Virus record (IMG/VR): IMGVR_UViG_3300042559_000447
Location: 7,662 to 71,661 of that record
Source of the DNA: a virus
DNA: 64,000 nucleotides
Reading direction: 5' to 3' (one strand)
Shown here piece after piece: positions 1-8,650 of this stretch; position 1 is the stretch's first letter; every line of letters begins with the position of its first letter. The position numbers and the translations under genes are program-made. The notes under the pieces are model-generated. The model was given only the letters and a program-made list of their open reading frames with translations, made no database searches and was not told the origin of the DNA.

Positions 1-960
1 GGTCGCAGCAAGTGATGGAACACCGTTGTTGTTGTAGTACCACTTAAGTTTGTTGGTTGTGATGTTGTCTTCTCCAAGTAACTTGTCGATATTGTCTGGA
101 GTTAGCTTTTTGATTTCTTCTAACTGTTCGCTAGTCAATTGACGGCTGTAGTAAGGATTAGAAATTACCTCACCTGGAGTTACCCAATCAATCTTACCTG
201 AAAATCTAGCACCTTCGTTTAAATCGTCATCAAAGGTGTTATCCCAGATCAAGTTGTAAGGGAGTATAATTTTCTTTACCTGCTTTTTGTTTACGATTAG
301 GTTTTCGATTCCGACAACCCCACCCAAAAGCGTATAGAAGAATGCTTGTTTATATTTATCTAAGAACCTGTTTCTGTGCAAGATATCCATAACCATGTCA
401 TATGCTACTTCTTCGCCTTGTTGTTTGTAGTCATACTGCATGAATCTCATTACATCTTCAGGCATTTCAAAGTCTTGTTTGCCTAATGGGTTAACTGAAA
501 CCCCCATATCTTTTTCCATTTCTTCAAAGATGTTCTTGAACTCTGTCTTCAACAAAGCAATAGTCATCTGAAGAGTCTTTTTGTTTACTGCGGTTCTTGA
601 AATAGCCTTAGTTGTAGGTTCGATATTTTCGATCATCTTAATACCAGTACCCAACATAAAGTCGATCATCGATGTCAACTTTTGTCCAGCTATCCATACT
701 GTAGGAAGTTCGCAACCGGTCTGGTCTTGAGTGGTATAGTAGTAGTCTCTGTTTTCCTGTTTGCCTAGGTAATACGTAAACATACGAAGCATTTCATCAA
801 TTGGCTTATCATAGTTTACAGTATTATTTCTAAATCCAAGAGAGTTGAATTGAGTATTATACTTAGATGCCACATATCTAACGTTCTCCGCAAACCATTC
901 CTGGTCTTTTTTATTTTCGGGGACGAACTGATTTGGTTGCTCTCTGAGGTCGTGTCTCAT
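1..960 (-). CDS. Portal protein, N-terminal part (runs off window start; absent from ORF track)
   Basis: Open frame from ATG at 960 (MRHDLREQPNQFVPENKKDQEWFAENVRY...) to position 1; resembles crAss-like/Bacteroidota podovirus portal N-termini; upstream TATATTTG box. Confidence 0.7.
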   Translation of the reverse strand, partial: MRHDLREQPNQFVPENKKDQEWFAENVRYVASKYNTQFNSLGFRNNTVNYDKPIDEMLRMFTYYLGKQENRDYYYTTQDQTGCELPTVWIAGQKLTSMIDFMLGTGIKMIENIEPTTKAISRTAVNKKTLQMTIALLKTEFKNIFEEMEKDMGVSVNPLGKQDFEMPEDVMRFMQYDYKQQGEEVAYDMVMDILHRNRFLDKYKQAFFYTLLGGVVGIENLIVNKKQVKKIILPYNLIWDNTFDDDLNEGARFSGKIDWVTPGEVISNPYYSRQLTSEQLEEIKKLTPDNIDKLLGEDNITTNKLKWYYNNNGVPSLAAT

Positions 961-972
961 GTTATTTAAATA

Positions 973-980
973 CAAATATA
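973..980 (-). promoter_or_regulatory. Bacteroidota -7 promoter box for portal/late operon
   Basis: TATATTTG on minus strand, 12 nt before portal ATG. Confidence 0.65.
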
Positions 981-1021
981 CAATTTTTTATCAACATTGC
1001 AACAGATTACGAAATTTGTAT

Positions 1022-1029
1022 TATATTTG
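1022..1029 (+). promoter_or_regulatory. Bacteroidota -7 promoter box, divergent from portal promoter
   Basis: TATATTTG with TTG upstream at ~997. Confidence 0.6.
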
Positions 1030-1386
1030 CAAAAAACAAAGTAAAAATAAGGACCTGATGTCGGACGGTGAATTACGGTGGCGGCCTCAGAAACGACTCT
1101 ACCACGGGAACCCAATAAAGAGTCAACTCCGGTACTAAGACATGGGGAGTAGATTGGGTGGGAGGCACAACTCTCAAAAGCAGATGTCACGTTGTAGCAC
1201 TTGTGTGATTGACTACAATTTCTGAAAGGGGTATACGAAGCAAGTATATAAGCCAAGAAGAAGGTGAAAACTCATACTGTGGGTATGGGGAAGTATTCGT
1301 ACTCTTCTTCTTGGGATACCAAAGCAAGCTAATTACTAGTAATTGTATTAAAATGTACTAAAAATGTATTTAAGAATGTATTTTAT

Positions 1387-1899
1387 ATGCAAAAAGACCC
1401 TAAAATTGTGAAAAAATCACAAAAAATGCTTTCGATCAATGAAATATTTGAACTTAAGCCATCAGAGTTTGTACCAACAATCCTAAAACAGGGCAGAGCA
1501 ACAAACGTACAGCAGCAAATGTTGCTTAGAGCCAAGCGCAAACTATTCCTTTTGGCTCGTGATAAGTTCTATGAAAGCATCACCCGGAACGTTTTGAACA
1601 ACACAGACTACTTGAAGAACAAACACAACATGACTTTTGAGGAGTTTGATAGGTACGTTTCAAAAAACACGGTGATAAATAACATATCTAAGTACGATGC
1701 CAACACGATCAGGAAAGGATTCACTAGGCTTTCTGATGCCTATGAGTTTGCTTTTGTAGTTGGCTATGCTTTTAACGTGGACACCGACATCCTTTTACAC
1801 CAAAATCTAGAATACTTAGATATGAAAGGCTTTGTAAGTGACTTTAAACAGTACGCTGCTAATGTTGAGGACATGAAAAAACTCAATAAAATGACATAA
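1387..1899 (+). CDS. Hypothetical protein, possibly DNA-binding
   Basis: 170-aa ORF, preceded by AATGTA repeats. Confidence 0.6.
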   Translation: MQKDPKIVKKSQKMLSINEIFELKPSEFVPTILKQGRATNVQQQMLLRAKRKLFLLARDKFYESITRNVLNNTDYLKNKHNMTFEEFDRYVSKNTVINNISKYDANTIRKGFTRLSDAYEFAFVVGYAFNVDTDILLHQNLEYLDMKGFVSDFKQYAANVEDMKKLNKMT

Positions 1900-1927
1900 C
1901 TGTGACAATTGAACTAAATTTATAAAC

Positions 1928-1935
1928 TATATTTG
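1928..1935 (+). promoter_or_regulatory. -7 promoter box 4 nt before ATG
   Basis: TATATTTG-AATT-ATG. Confidence 0.6.
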
Positions 1936-1939
1936 AATT

Positions 1940-2236
1940 ATGGAACTAAAAGGAAAACTAGAAAGAGTAAAATCACGAGAAGTCGCAAGACGGATTGGTG
2001 ACGAGCTTGTTCCTACTATGCGTAAAGAAATCAATGTGTGGAAGTGCTGCGATATGATCCTAAAGTGTTTGGCTGTAGGAAAAGTAGAAGAAGCCGTAGA
2101 GATGTGTAACGTGTTATACAGAGAGAACACCATTGACCCAGTATCTGAGAATTTCTCAGACGTTAAAAGCAAGAAAATCAACGAGACCAGAAACATTGTA
2201 AACTTTTTTATCAGAGAAATATATAAAACCAATTAA
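1940..2236 (+). CDS. Hypothetical protein
   Basis: 98-aa ORF in operon. Confidence 0.6.
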   Translation: MELKGKLERVKSREVARRIGDELVPTMRKEINVWKCCDMILKCLAVGKVEEAVEMCNVLYRENTIDPVSENFSDVKSKKINETRNIVNFFIREIYKTN

Positions 2237-2247
2237 TTTAAAATAAT

Positions 2248-2880
2248 ATGGCATTCGGAAAAAACACAAACTCACTTTACTTTTCTGTTAGAAATGGTAA
2301 GGTAATGCGCTACTCAAAAACGCAGGAAGACGGAACTACAGTAATCCCAACCAAAGAGGGTCAACCAAGATTTTATTTTGTTTACGATTACATTGAGGGT
2401 TTGATCACCGGTTTCAGAACCAAAGAGGGAGAAATCATGGGTAAAACCAAAATGTTCTTTCAGATTTCTATGTCTGATAACGGAGAGAACTACACTGTAG
2501 AATTAGATGTAGACTCAAATTATTTCAGAGCGTTTGCAATGACAGTATTGTCTGCTGATTCAAATCATCCTGTAAGACTTGCGCCATTCCAAAGAGAAGA
2601 GAACGGTGTAAAGAAAACAGGCTTATTTGTTATTCAGCACGGTAAGCCCTGCAAGTACAAGTACACCAAAGAGAATCCAGGTAACATGCCTGACATCGAG
2701 GTGACTAAGAACAAAAAAGGAGAGATCGTTGATGTAGATAGTGAAAAAAGAAATCATTTCTTGTTCAGTGAATTGAACACTTGGTTATCAGAAGCTATCG
2801 GTATGTCTTCTAAAACTTTCAAGGCTCCTGTAGTTTCTGAAAGTGAATTTGATGACATGGACTCAGATCTTCCATTTTAA
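2248..2880 (+). CDS. Putative single-stranded DNA-binding protein
   Basis: Beta-rich, acidic tail ending DDMDSDLPF, next to YqaJ nuclease. Confidence 0.6.
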   Translation: MAFGKNTNSLYFSVRNGKVMRYSKTQEDGTTVIPTKEGQPRFYFVYDYIEGLITGFRTKEGEIMGKTKMFFQISMSDNGENYTVELDVDSNYFRAFAMTVLSADSNHPVRLAPFQREENGVKKTGLFVIQHGKPCKYKYTKENPGNMPDIEVTKNKKGEIVDVDSEKRNHFLFSELNTWLSEAIGMSSKTFKAPVVSESEFDDMDSDLPF

Positions 2881-2882
2881 TC

Positions 2883-3146
2883 ATGGCATCTAGAAAGATT
2901 CAAAATACTGAGTTAGCCAATCAGATTGCTGGGGTTTTGCAAAAAAGTGCAGAACCTTCGGCTTCTGAAGCCCCAACACACATTAAGCACTACCGCAACG
3001 AACAGCAGGCTATCATTAGACAGAGTTGTTTAAAGTCTGCTGTGCAGTTGATGGAAAGTAAGATAAACGGCAAAAGCAACATGCAGACTGCCATTCAAAA
3101 CACATTAGAAATTGCCGAGATATTCGAGGCTTGGGTAAACAGATGA
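2883..3146 (+). CDS. Hypothetical protein
   Basis: 87 aa with IIRQSCLKSA motif common in phage proteins; ATGA overlap with next gene. Confidence 0.6.
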   Translation: MASRKIQNTELANQIAGVLQKSAEPSASEAPTHIKHYRNEQQAIIRQSCLKSAVQLMESKINGKSNMQTAIQNTLEIAEIFEAWVNR

Positions 3147-4135
3147 TAAGACTAGTTAACATTGACAAAGAAAAAGACTACGACGGGTGGTTAAACTTTC
3201 GTAGTTCTGGTATCGGTGCTTCCGATGTGGGAACGATATTGGGCTTGAACCCATATAAATCATCTGCTGAACTATTCTATCAAAAGATAGGAAAGATCCC
3301 ACAGAAGATCCAGGAGAACTTGGCCATGTTTATGGGAACAAGGATGGAGCCATTAGTTGCTAGTCTTTGGGAGTACTATGACGTTGATGAGGACAAGATG
3401 ATCCAAAACTACAACACCGGTGTGAAAACAAGACACGGTTCTGAGATTGTGGGATACTTGATCAACGACAAATACCCTCACTTGTTCTTTTCCCCCGACC
3501 GTCTTATTTGTAATAATTCTAAATTACCTGCTTATAGTATTGATGGTGACATAGTTAGCCTAGATAATGTAAGGGGTATCTTGGAGATAAAGACCATTAG
3601 TGGGTTTGCCAGTAAGCAGTGGGAGGGTGGAGTACCGCCTTCATACGTGACGCAGCTGATGACATACTTGATGGGCTTGGAACTTAATTATGGCGAGATC
3701 GCCTTTTTTGAGGACGGTCGTAAGTTAAATGTCATAGAAATGTCATTTAATGAGTCAATTGGGTCTCAGATCCTACAAAAAACAACCGAATTCTGGGAAA
3801 GAGTACAAGGAGCATTAGAAGACATAGAGAACTGCGAATTATACGAACCAGAACCAGACGGAACAGAAGCATACGAATCATTCTTAAACAAGAAGTATTC
3901 ACAGAGCCAAGAGTTAAAGATAAGTGGAACAGACGAGATGTATCAGATAGCCCACAACCACAAGTTAATCTTAGACGAAATAAAAGACAAGGAATACGAA
4001 GCCAGAGAATGCACTAACAGGTTAAAGGACTTCATGGGAGAAGCTGAGGTGTTAGACTTCGGTGATTCTGGAAAGGTAACTTGGAAGAGCACAGTAAAGG
4101 GCAATCGTTTATTCAAAAACTCAATCAAATTATAA
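3143..4135 (+). CDS. YqaJ-like (lambda exonuclease family) recombination nuclease
   Basis: WLxxRxxGIGASD, GxRMEP, SPDR, LEIKT, YxxQLxxY motifs; start moved to ATG 3143. Confidence 0.9.
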   Translation: MIRLVNIDKEKDYDGWLNFRSSGIGASDVGTILGLNPYKSSAELFYQKIGKIPQKIQENLAMFMGTRMEPLVASLWEYYDVDEDKMIQNYNTGVKTRHGSEIVGYLINDKYPHLFFSPDRLICNNSKLPAYSIDGDIVSLDNVRGILEIKTISGFASKQWEGGVPPSYVTQLMTYLMGLELNYGEIAFFEDGRKLNVIEMSFNESIGSQILQKTTEFWERVQGALEDIENCELYEPEPDGTEAYESFLNKKYSQSQELKISGTDEMYQIAHNHKLILDEIKDKEYEARECTNRLKDFMGEAEVLDFGDSGKVTWKSTVKGNRLFKNSIKL

Positions 4136-4136
4136 T

Positions 4137-4391
4137 ATGGAAGGAACTTTAAAAGCAGACGGATTTGACGATGCGATAATCGGTGTAGACTTTAATTACG
4201 AACCGGCAAAGCTAGTGTACAGTAAGCAGGCAATGATCGAGGTGTTAATTGAAGACGGAATGTCTTTGGATGACGCTATTGAGTATTTAGAATACAATGT
4301 ATTTTGTGCATATATCGGAGAAGGTACACCTATTTACATAGACACCGGTACTCCAGGTGAGGTGTTGGATTTATTGGAGGCGTATTCATGA
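4137..4391 (+). CDS. Conserved phage hypothetical protein
   Basis: ADGFDDAIIG...AIEYLEYN...YIGEGTP family common in aquatic phages. Confidence 0.7.
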   Translation: MEGTLKADGFDDAIIGVDFNYEPAKLVYSKQAMIEVLIEDGMSLDDAIEYLEYNVFCAYIGEGTPIYIDTGTPGEVLDLLEAYS

Positions 4392-4633
4392 CACAAAAGA
4401 TACACAAGAAGCAGTACTTAAGGTACATGAAGACCTTTGTCTGGGCGATGAAGAAAAGCGCAGAGGATCTTAATAAGTCTATAGTTGACGGAAGGATGAC
4501 AGACTACCCTGTTGACGCTGTGACGGTGGAAAATGCGATCACTTTGGTGGAGGCAGGAGATTGTTTGCGTGAGACGAGAATGAGTAAGACGGATGTTTAT
4601 GCCATAAAAGAGGCAATGAAACATTTGAATTAG
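4388..4633 (+). CDS. Hypothetical protein
   Basis: ATGA-coupled ORF. Confidence 0.6.
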   Translation: MTQKIHKKQYLRYMKTFVWAMKKSAEDLNKSIVDGRMTDYPVDAVTVENAITLVEAGDCLRETRMSKTDVYAIKEAMKHLN

Positions 4634-4659
4634 TCAAAATAAAGCCGTAAATTGTAGCC

Positions 4660-4992
4660 ATGTCTACTAGATTTTCTTTCGGTGCCGAATTCGTTGAAAC
4701 TGAGCGCACTAACACTGAGGTTACGTTTAAATATGAAAACTTGGTGGTTAAGATCTACAAATCTTGGCTACACGAGTTTGGTGGAATTGTGGGGGAGGAC
4801 TCAGAACCCCTTTATTTCGACCTAACCCCCCACCTAAAAATAATAACCGTAGTAGATAAAACACTAGTAGAAGAGATACTGCCATTCAATACCCTAGACA
4901 AAGCAAAAGACTTCTACAATAACATAACCCCAGACCAAATACTAATCCTATACACAGCAATACTAGCATTCCAAACAGAACTACCAGAATAA
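4660..4992 (+). CDS. Hypothetical protein
   Basis: 110-aa ORF with abrupt codon-usage switch mid-gene. Confidence 0.55.
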   Translation: MSTRFSFGAEFVETERTNTEVTFKYENLVVKIYKSWLHEFGGIVGEDSEPLYFDLTPHLKIITVVDKTLVEEILPFNTLDKAKDFYNNITPDQILILYTAILAFQTELPE

Positions 4993-4993
4993 T

Positions 4994-5323
4994 ATGTTAT
5001 CCAAAGATCAAAAACAAGAAATATTCAACAAGGTATGCGACTACCTACTATTAAAGCCCTATGAAGCAGGTGAACTAAATGTCGCAAATGAGCTGTTTAC
5101 ACGCCATTATATCATCCACGTGGTAGGAATGCCCATAGACGCAGTTATATTGTCCTCAGAGGAAGAAAACGTGGTCTGTTTGACCAAGTATTCATCTCTG
5201 TTCAGAGTGTGGCCGGTAGACAATCGCTGGAACGCCATAAAATTCTTCTTTAAAGCCTGGAGAAAGGGTGCTTATTTTACCCATGTTTCCGTGACTTGGG
5301 AAGAAATCTACAAGTTTGGCTAA
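4994..5323 (+). CDS. Hypothetical protein
   Basis: 109-aa ORF, last gene before non-coding region. Confidence 0.55.
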   Translation: MLSKDQKQEIFNKVCDYLLLKPYEAGELNVANELFTRHYIIHVVGMPIDAVILSSEEENVVCLTKYSSLFRVWPVDNRWNAIKFFFKAWRKGAYFTHVSVTWEEIYKFG

Positions 5324-5442
5324 AAGTTTGTCTCCACCGTGTGCAATTGTGTAAAACATCTGTACAACCTGTTGATAAACGCCCCCATTTTTAAAATATC
5401 CCCCCAACTGCCCCCAGAATTATTACACTGCGCCCAGAATTC

Positions 5443-5470
5443 CCCCCTAATTACCCATAGGGGGTTTTTT
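5443..5470 (+). terminator. Intrinsic terminator
   Basis: CCCCCTA-loop-TAGGGGG followed by TTTTTT. Confidence 0.7.
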
Positions 5471-5760
5471 ATGTCCCCCTGTCCCCCGAGATATATTGTC
5501 CAAATTTAATAGTCGTGCAGGTGGTGGAGTCTAACGCTAGCGGATCGGGTCGATGGCGTCCAAAAAAATAGACCCCCCGTGTCTAATCGAGTGGACACGC
5601 CATTCCAATTTATTGGACAGTGGGCTGCAATTGTCCATTAAAATAGAAAATCGAAACGGCAAATGTCTACTTTATTGGTGTATACTGTGCTATACGAACA
5701 AATGTTAGTTTACCTGAGCGGTCGTATACGAAAAAAGAATGAGATAAACAAGCCCAAAAA

Positions 5761-5912
5761 GAAATGTGACAGAAATGTGACAAAGCATATATATATATAA
5801 GGAACACGCGACGCGCGTATGATACTATCTAACAACCAAACAACCAAATTTGGATCGTCAGTTTAATGTCACATTTTATTATTTTATATAGTTTTGTCAG
5901 AGTTGTGTCACA
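5761..5912. repeat. Direct and inverted AAATGTGACA boxes around an (AT)n and CG-rich core
   Basis: GAAATGTGACA x2 (5761-5782), inverted TGTCACATTT (5867-5876), TGTCACA (5906-5912). Confidence 0.6.
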
Positions 5913-5930
5913 AAAACATTTTTTTAAAAT

Positions 5931-5959
5931 TGTAAGTTATTGATTTTCAATTACTTACA
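5931..5959. promoter_or_regulatory. 29-bp palindrome (operator-like)
   Basis: TGTAAGTTATTGA-TTT-TCAATTACTTACA, one mismatch between arms. Confidence 0.6.
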
Positions 5960-6022
5960 GATTAATTTCAAATTTCTTTAAAAATAATTTAAAAAAGTAT
6001 TTGGTGATTCAACTTCTATACC

Positions 6023-6030
6023 TATCTTCG
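6023..6030 (+). promoter_or_regulatory. Probable early promoter -7 box
   Basis: TATCTTCG (variant of TAnnTTTG) with TTTG at 6000-6003 and AT-rich upstream DNA. Confidence 0.5.
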
Positions 6031-6039
6031 TAGTGTTGA

Positions 6040-6571
6040 AATAGAGTAAAGGAATTCATAAAGGTAGTGAGTAGTAAGTTTAGCCCGCAAGCGAGACCGA
6101 AAAACAGCCGATGGTTGAGGTGGGATTTCTATGTTCGTTTCACAAGTAAGGATAAGGGGTGACCTATCCCGGCAGGGATACCTATGCCTATAAATCTTGG
6201 CAGGTTTGCATACGACCTGGGCGGAAAAAGTATGCAGGTTTTATAAAGTATTGTACCTTACTAGTATGTGAGATATCAGTGTATTGCCTATCGGATAGGA
6301 AACACGCGTGTTGCAGCGTTGACATACTAAACAATAATTGATATATCCGTTGTGCATTAAAACAAATGCAGTGTGTAGACCGATGTCTAATTTATTGGAC
6401 AACTCTATGCTATCGTTAGCCGATAGGGGCAACCGCTTGTAGTAAGCGAGTGTATGTAATAAACCATAATACATACCTGTAGAAGTATGCCTATCCCGTG
6501 TGGGTAGTGTGTATCGTAGTGACCAATCTACTTATTCTATAAATACCTATAATATTTTATCTTATTCTATT
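6040..6571 (+). ncRNA. Candidate large structured ncRNA (~530 nt)
   Basis: No credible ORF; 5' end pairs with 3' end; about ten internal hairpins. Confidence 0.5.
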
Positions 6572-6743
6572 GTTAGGGTGTTGGATATGTTCTGACACCC
6601 CAACAACTATTGGTGTACGTGGTATCTAGCGTTTAATTGTTGACAGGTCAACAGCATCAACTATTTTACCATCGGGGTAGGGACTGAACTATGTCAGTAT
6701 GTGTCGAACGCACCCTATCCCACAACCATAAAACAAAAACATC

Positions 6744-7139
6744 ATGGAAACATCAAAAGTAATTGTGTCTAACAACGGCACTGATTGGGTATTTACCCTA
6801 GAACACGCAAGCAATCGTTCAGTGGACAGATTGCGTAACAGGTTTGCCTATGAATTCATGGCTTATTACGACCTATGCCGCAAAATCAAAGCCAAAGGGT
6901 TTAATGCTACACTCCCCTTTGATTTCAAGATAGTCAGGAACGGGTCTCTTGTGTTGGATACCCAAACTATGATCTCTACTGAGGCTAGACTGACCCTCAA
7001 GTTACAAAACAATGAGGTCGGTCGGGCTAGGTTTATCAACAAATTAAAACTTATCTCTGACTATGCTCACAGACCGACCGATGAGAAGCAATTGCAAGAC
7101 CAACTATTGGGTGAGGCAAAAGCACTATTAACCAAGTAA
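6744..7139 (+). CDS. Hypothetical protein (first early gene)
   Basis: 131-aa ORF with A-rich leader. Confidence 0.65.
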   Translation: METSKVIVSNNGTDWVFTLEHASNRSVDRLRNRFAYEFMAYYDLCRKIKAKGFNATLPFDFKIVRNGSLVLDTQTMISTEARLTLKLQNNEVGRARFINKLKLISDYAHRPTDEKQLQDQLLGEAKALLTK

Positions 7140-7146
7140 TCACCCA

Positions 7147-7199
7147 ACCTACACTACTATAAAGTAGGAGTACTACCTGTTCGAGTCAGGTTGTAGGTT
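7147..7199 (+). ncRNA. Minimal tRNA-like element (acceptor stem, one arm, T-arm)
   Basis: ACCTACA/TGTAGGT stem, CTACT-ATAA-AGTAG hairpin, ACCTG-TTCGAGT-CAGGT T-arm. Confidence 0.6.
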
Positions 7200-7217
7200 C
7201 AACCATAAAACAAAACT

Positions 7218-7400
7218 ATGTCAACCAACATTCATTTCGTGAAGTGTTATGCCGATGCGTATGACCTCACAGACATCAAACAAGCCAGAAAAGTTAAACG
7301 TATGATCAATGCTCGTGAGAGATTTGGTCGCTCATCTAATGGCAAGCAAACCAAGTTAGTTAAATTAGGGTACAAAGGGTTCGATTTCTTATCTAGATAA
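7218..7400 (+). CDS. Hypothetical protein
   Basis: 60-aa basic ORF with A-rich leader. Confidence 0.55.
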   Translation: MSTNIHFVKCYADAYDLTDIKQARKVKRMINARERFGRSSNGKQTKLVKLGYKGFDFLSR

Positions 7401-7402
7401 TT

Positions 7403-7621
7403 ATGGAACGTACTATTAAAGAACTTGCAAAGATCGTGATATTGTTCTTTGCTACCTGTGTATTTACTGCACTGTTTAATGTTATCATCTCCGGGCTTAT
7501 TGCCTTTGTCACATGGTCTTGGATGCCTGACATTATGAGGTCTGAAGGTATACTTGCCTTTACGGTATTGATATTCATTCTCTCTGGTATATTTTCTATA
7601 GCAAGATTAGGAGAAAAATAA
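7403..7621 (+). CDS. Small membrane protein (2 TM)
   Basis: Two hydrophobic segments. Confidence 0.6.
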   Translation: MERTIKELAKIVILFFATCVFTALFNVIISGLIAFVTWSWMPDIMRSEGILAFTVLIFILSGIFSIARLGEK

Positions 7622-7647
7622 AATTGTTGTTTTAGTTCATATGGTTT

Positions 7648-7679
7648 AGCCTCACTCTTTTATTAGGGTGGGGCTTTTT
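7648..7679 (+). terminator. Intrinsic terminator
   Basis: AGCCTCACTCT-loop-AGGGTGGGGCT then TTTT. Confidence 0.6.
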
Positions 7680-7710
7680 ATGTTCTGAGACCCCCAATAA
7701 AAATATTATC

Positions 7711-8013
7711 ATGAAAAAAATAACACAAAAAGCAATTGAAGCATTCTTGAATGCAAAGTCATTCAAAGGGTCAAACACACGAGTAGAAGTGCTACCAAAT
7801 GTTACAGTTCTAAAACTATTTGGTAACGAAATCGCTTATCTTTATAATGATCCAGAACGAACTCTGAGTATAACCAATGCAGGTTGGAAGTCTGTTACCA
7901 CAAAAGAACGTCTCAATGCTATACCAAACGTATCAATTAGACAAATAAAAGGAAACTGGTATCTCAATGGTTTACTTTGGGATGGAAAACTAATCAACAT
8001 TGGAGGCAAATAA
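7711..8013 (+). CDS. Conserved phage hypothetical protein
   Basis: 100 aa, LFGNEIA...GWKSVTTKERLN. Confidence 0.65.
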   Translation: MKKITQKAIEAFLNAKSFKGSNTRVEVLPNVTVLKLFGNEIAYLYNDPERTLSITNAGWKSVTTKERLNAIPNVSIRQIKGNWYLNGLLWDGKLINIGGK

Positions 8014-8015
8014 GT

Positions 8016-8327
8016 ATGAAAAACTACATTGAAAAAGACGGCTATCACTTGAAGGTTCAAGTTGATTACGAAAAAGGCGGCATGAATTATTTCTCAGGTC
8101 AGGAAAGTAGACGTGGGTACTACCTGTATGTATATCCTGTACAATTAGAGACCGTTGACGGTCGAGTTACTATTGAGTCCTTCACTATGTTTAGAGGCGG
8201 CAAGAAATTATTACTCGAAGTTACTCGCCAATCACAAAAGGCTTATGATAAAGCGTGCGCAATGTTACACGAACATCAAGATTTTATAGACAGAATAGAT
8301 AACAAATATAAAAACCAAGAAGTATGA
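8016..8327 (+). CDS. Hypothetical protein
   Basis: Start moved to ATG 8016; YEKGGMNYF...RGYYL. Confidence 0.6.
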   Translation: MKNYIEKDGYHLKVQVDYEKGGMNYFSGQESRRGYYLYVYPVQLETVDGRVTIESFTMFRGGKKLLLEVTRQSQKAYDKACAMLHEHQDFIDRIDNKYKNQEV

Positions 8328-8545
8328 TAAACAAGACAGAACTAAAACCTAACTACAGCCTTTTCGGTGGAAAGGGTGATGTATGGAGTAACACAGCTCA
8401 CATCTACGAGAGCGGTAAAGGTAATCTATGTGGCAAACCTGCACTCAGTACTAACTGGGTTAGAATAGAAGAGATCGAAGTCGCAGGTTGTGAGCATTGT
8501 ATCAAGTTATATAAAGAACAAAACAATTTAATTGAACAAGACTAA
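8324..8545 (+). CDS. Hypothetical protein, possible Zn-binding
   Basis: H...C...CxxC residues. Confidence 0.55.
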   Translation: MINKTELKPNYSLFGGKGDVWSNTAHIYESGKGNLCGKPALSTNWVRIEEIEVAGCEHCIKLYKEQNNLIEQD

Positions 8546-8650
8546 TGCAGAACGCACCTAAAGACCTACTCGATATCATTCATCAACATATCGAATCAGA
8601 GAAAAGATTAAATAAAATCATAGAAGAACTACAAAAAACAATTGAACAAT

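Noticed and set aside
966-1256. 96-aa minus-strand ORF upstream of portal
   Set aside because: Spans both promoter boxes, atypical composition, no recognisable family
6159-6474. ORFs 6159-6341 (+) and 6241-6474 (-)
   Set aside because: Short, Cys/Tyr-rich, weak starts, lie inside the predicted structured RNA
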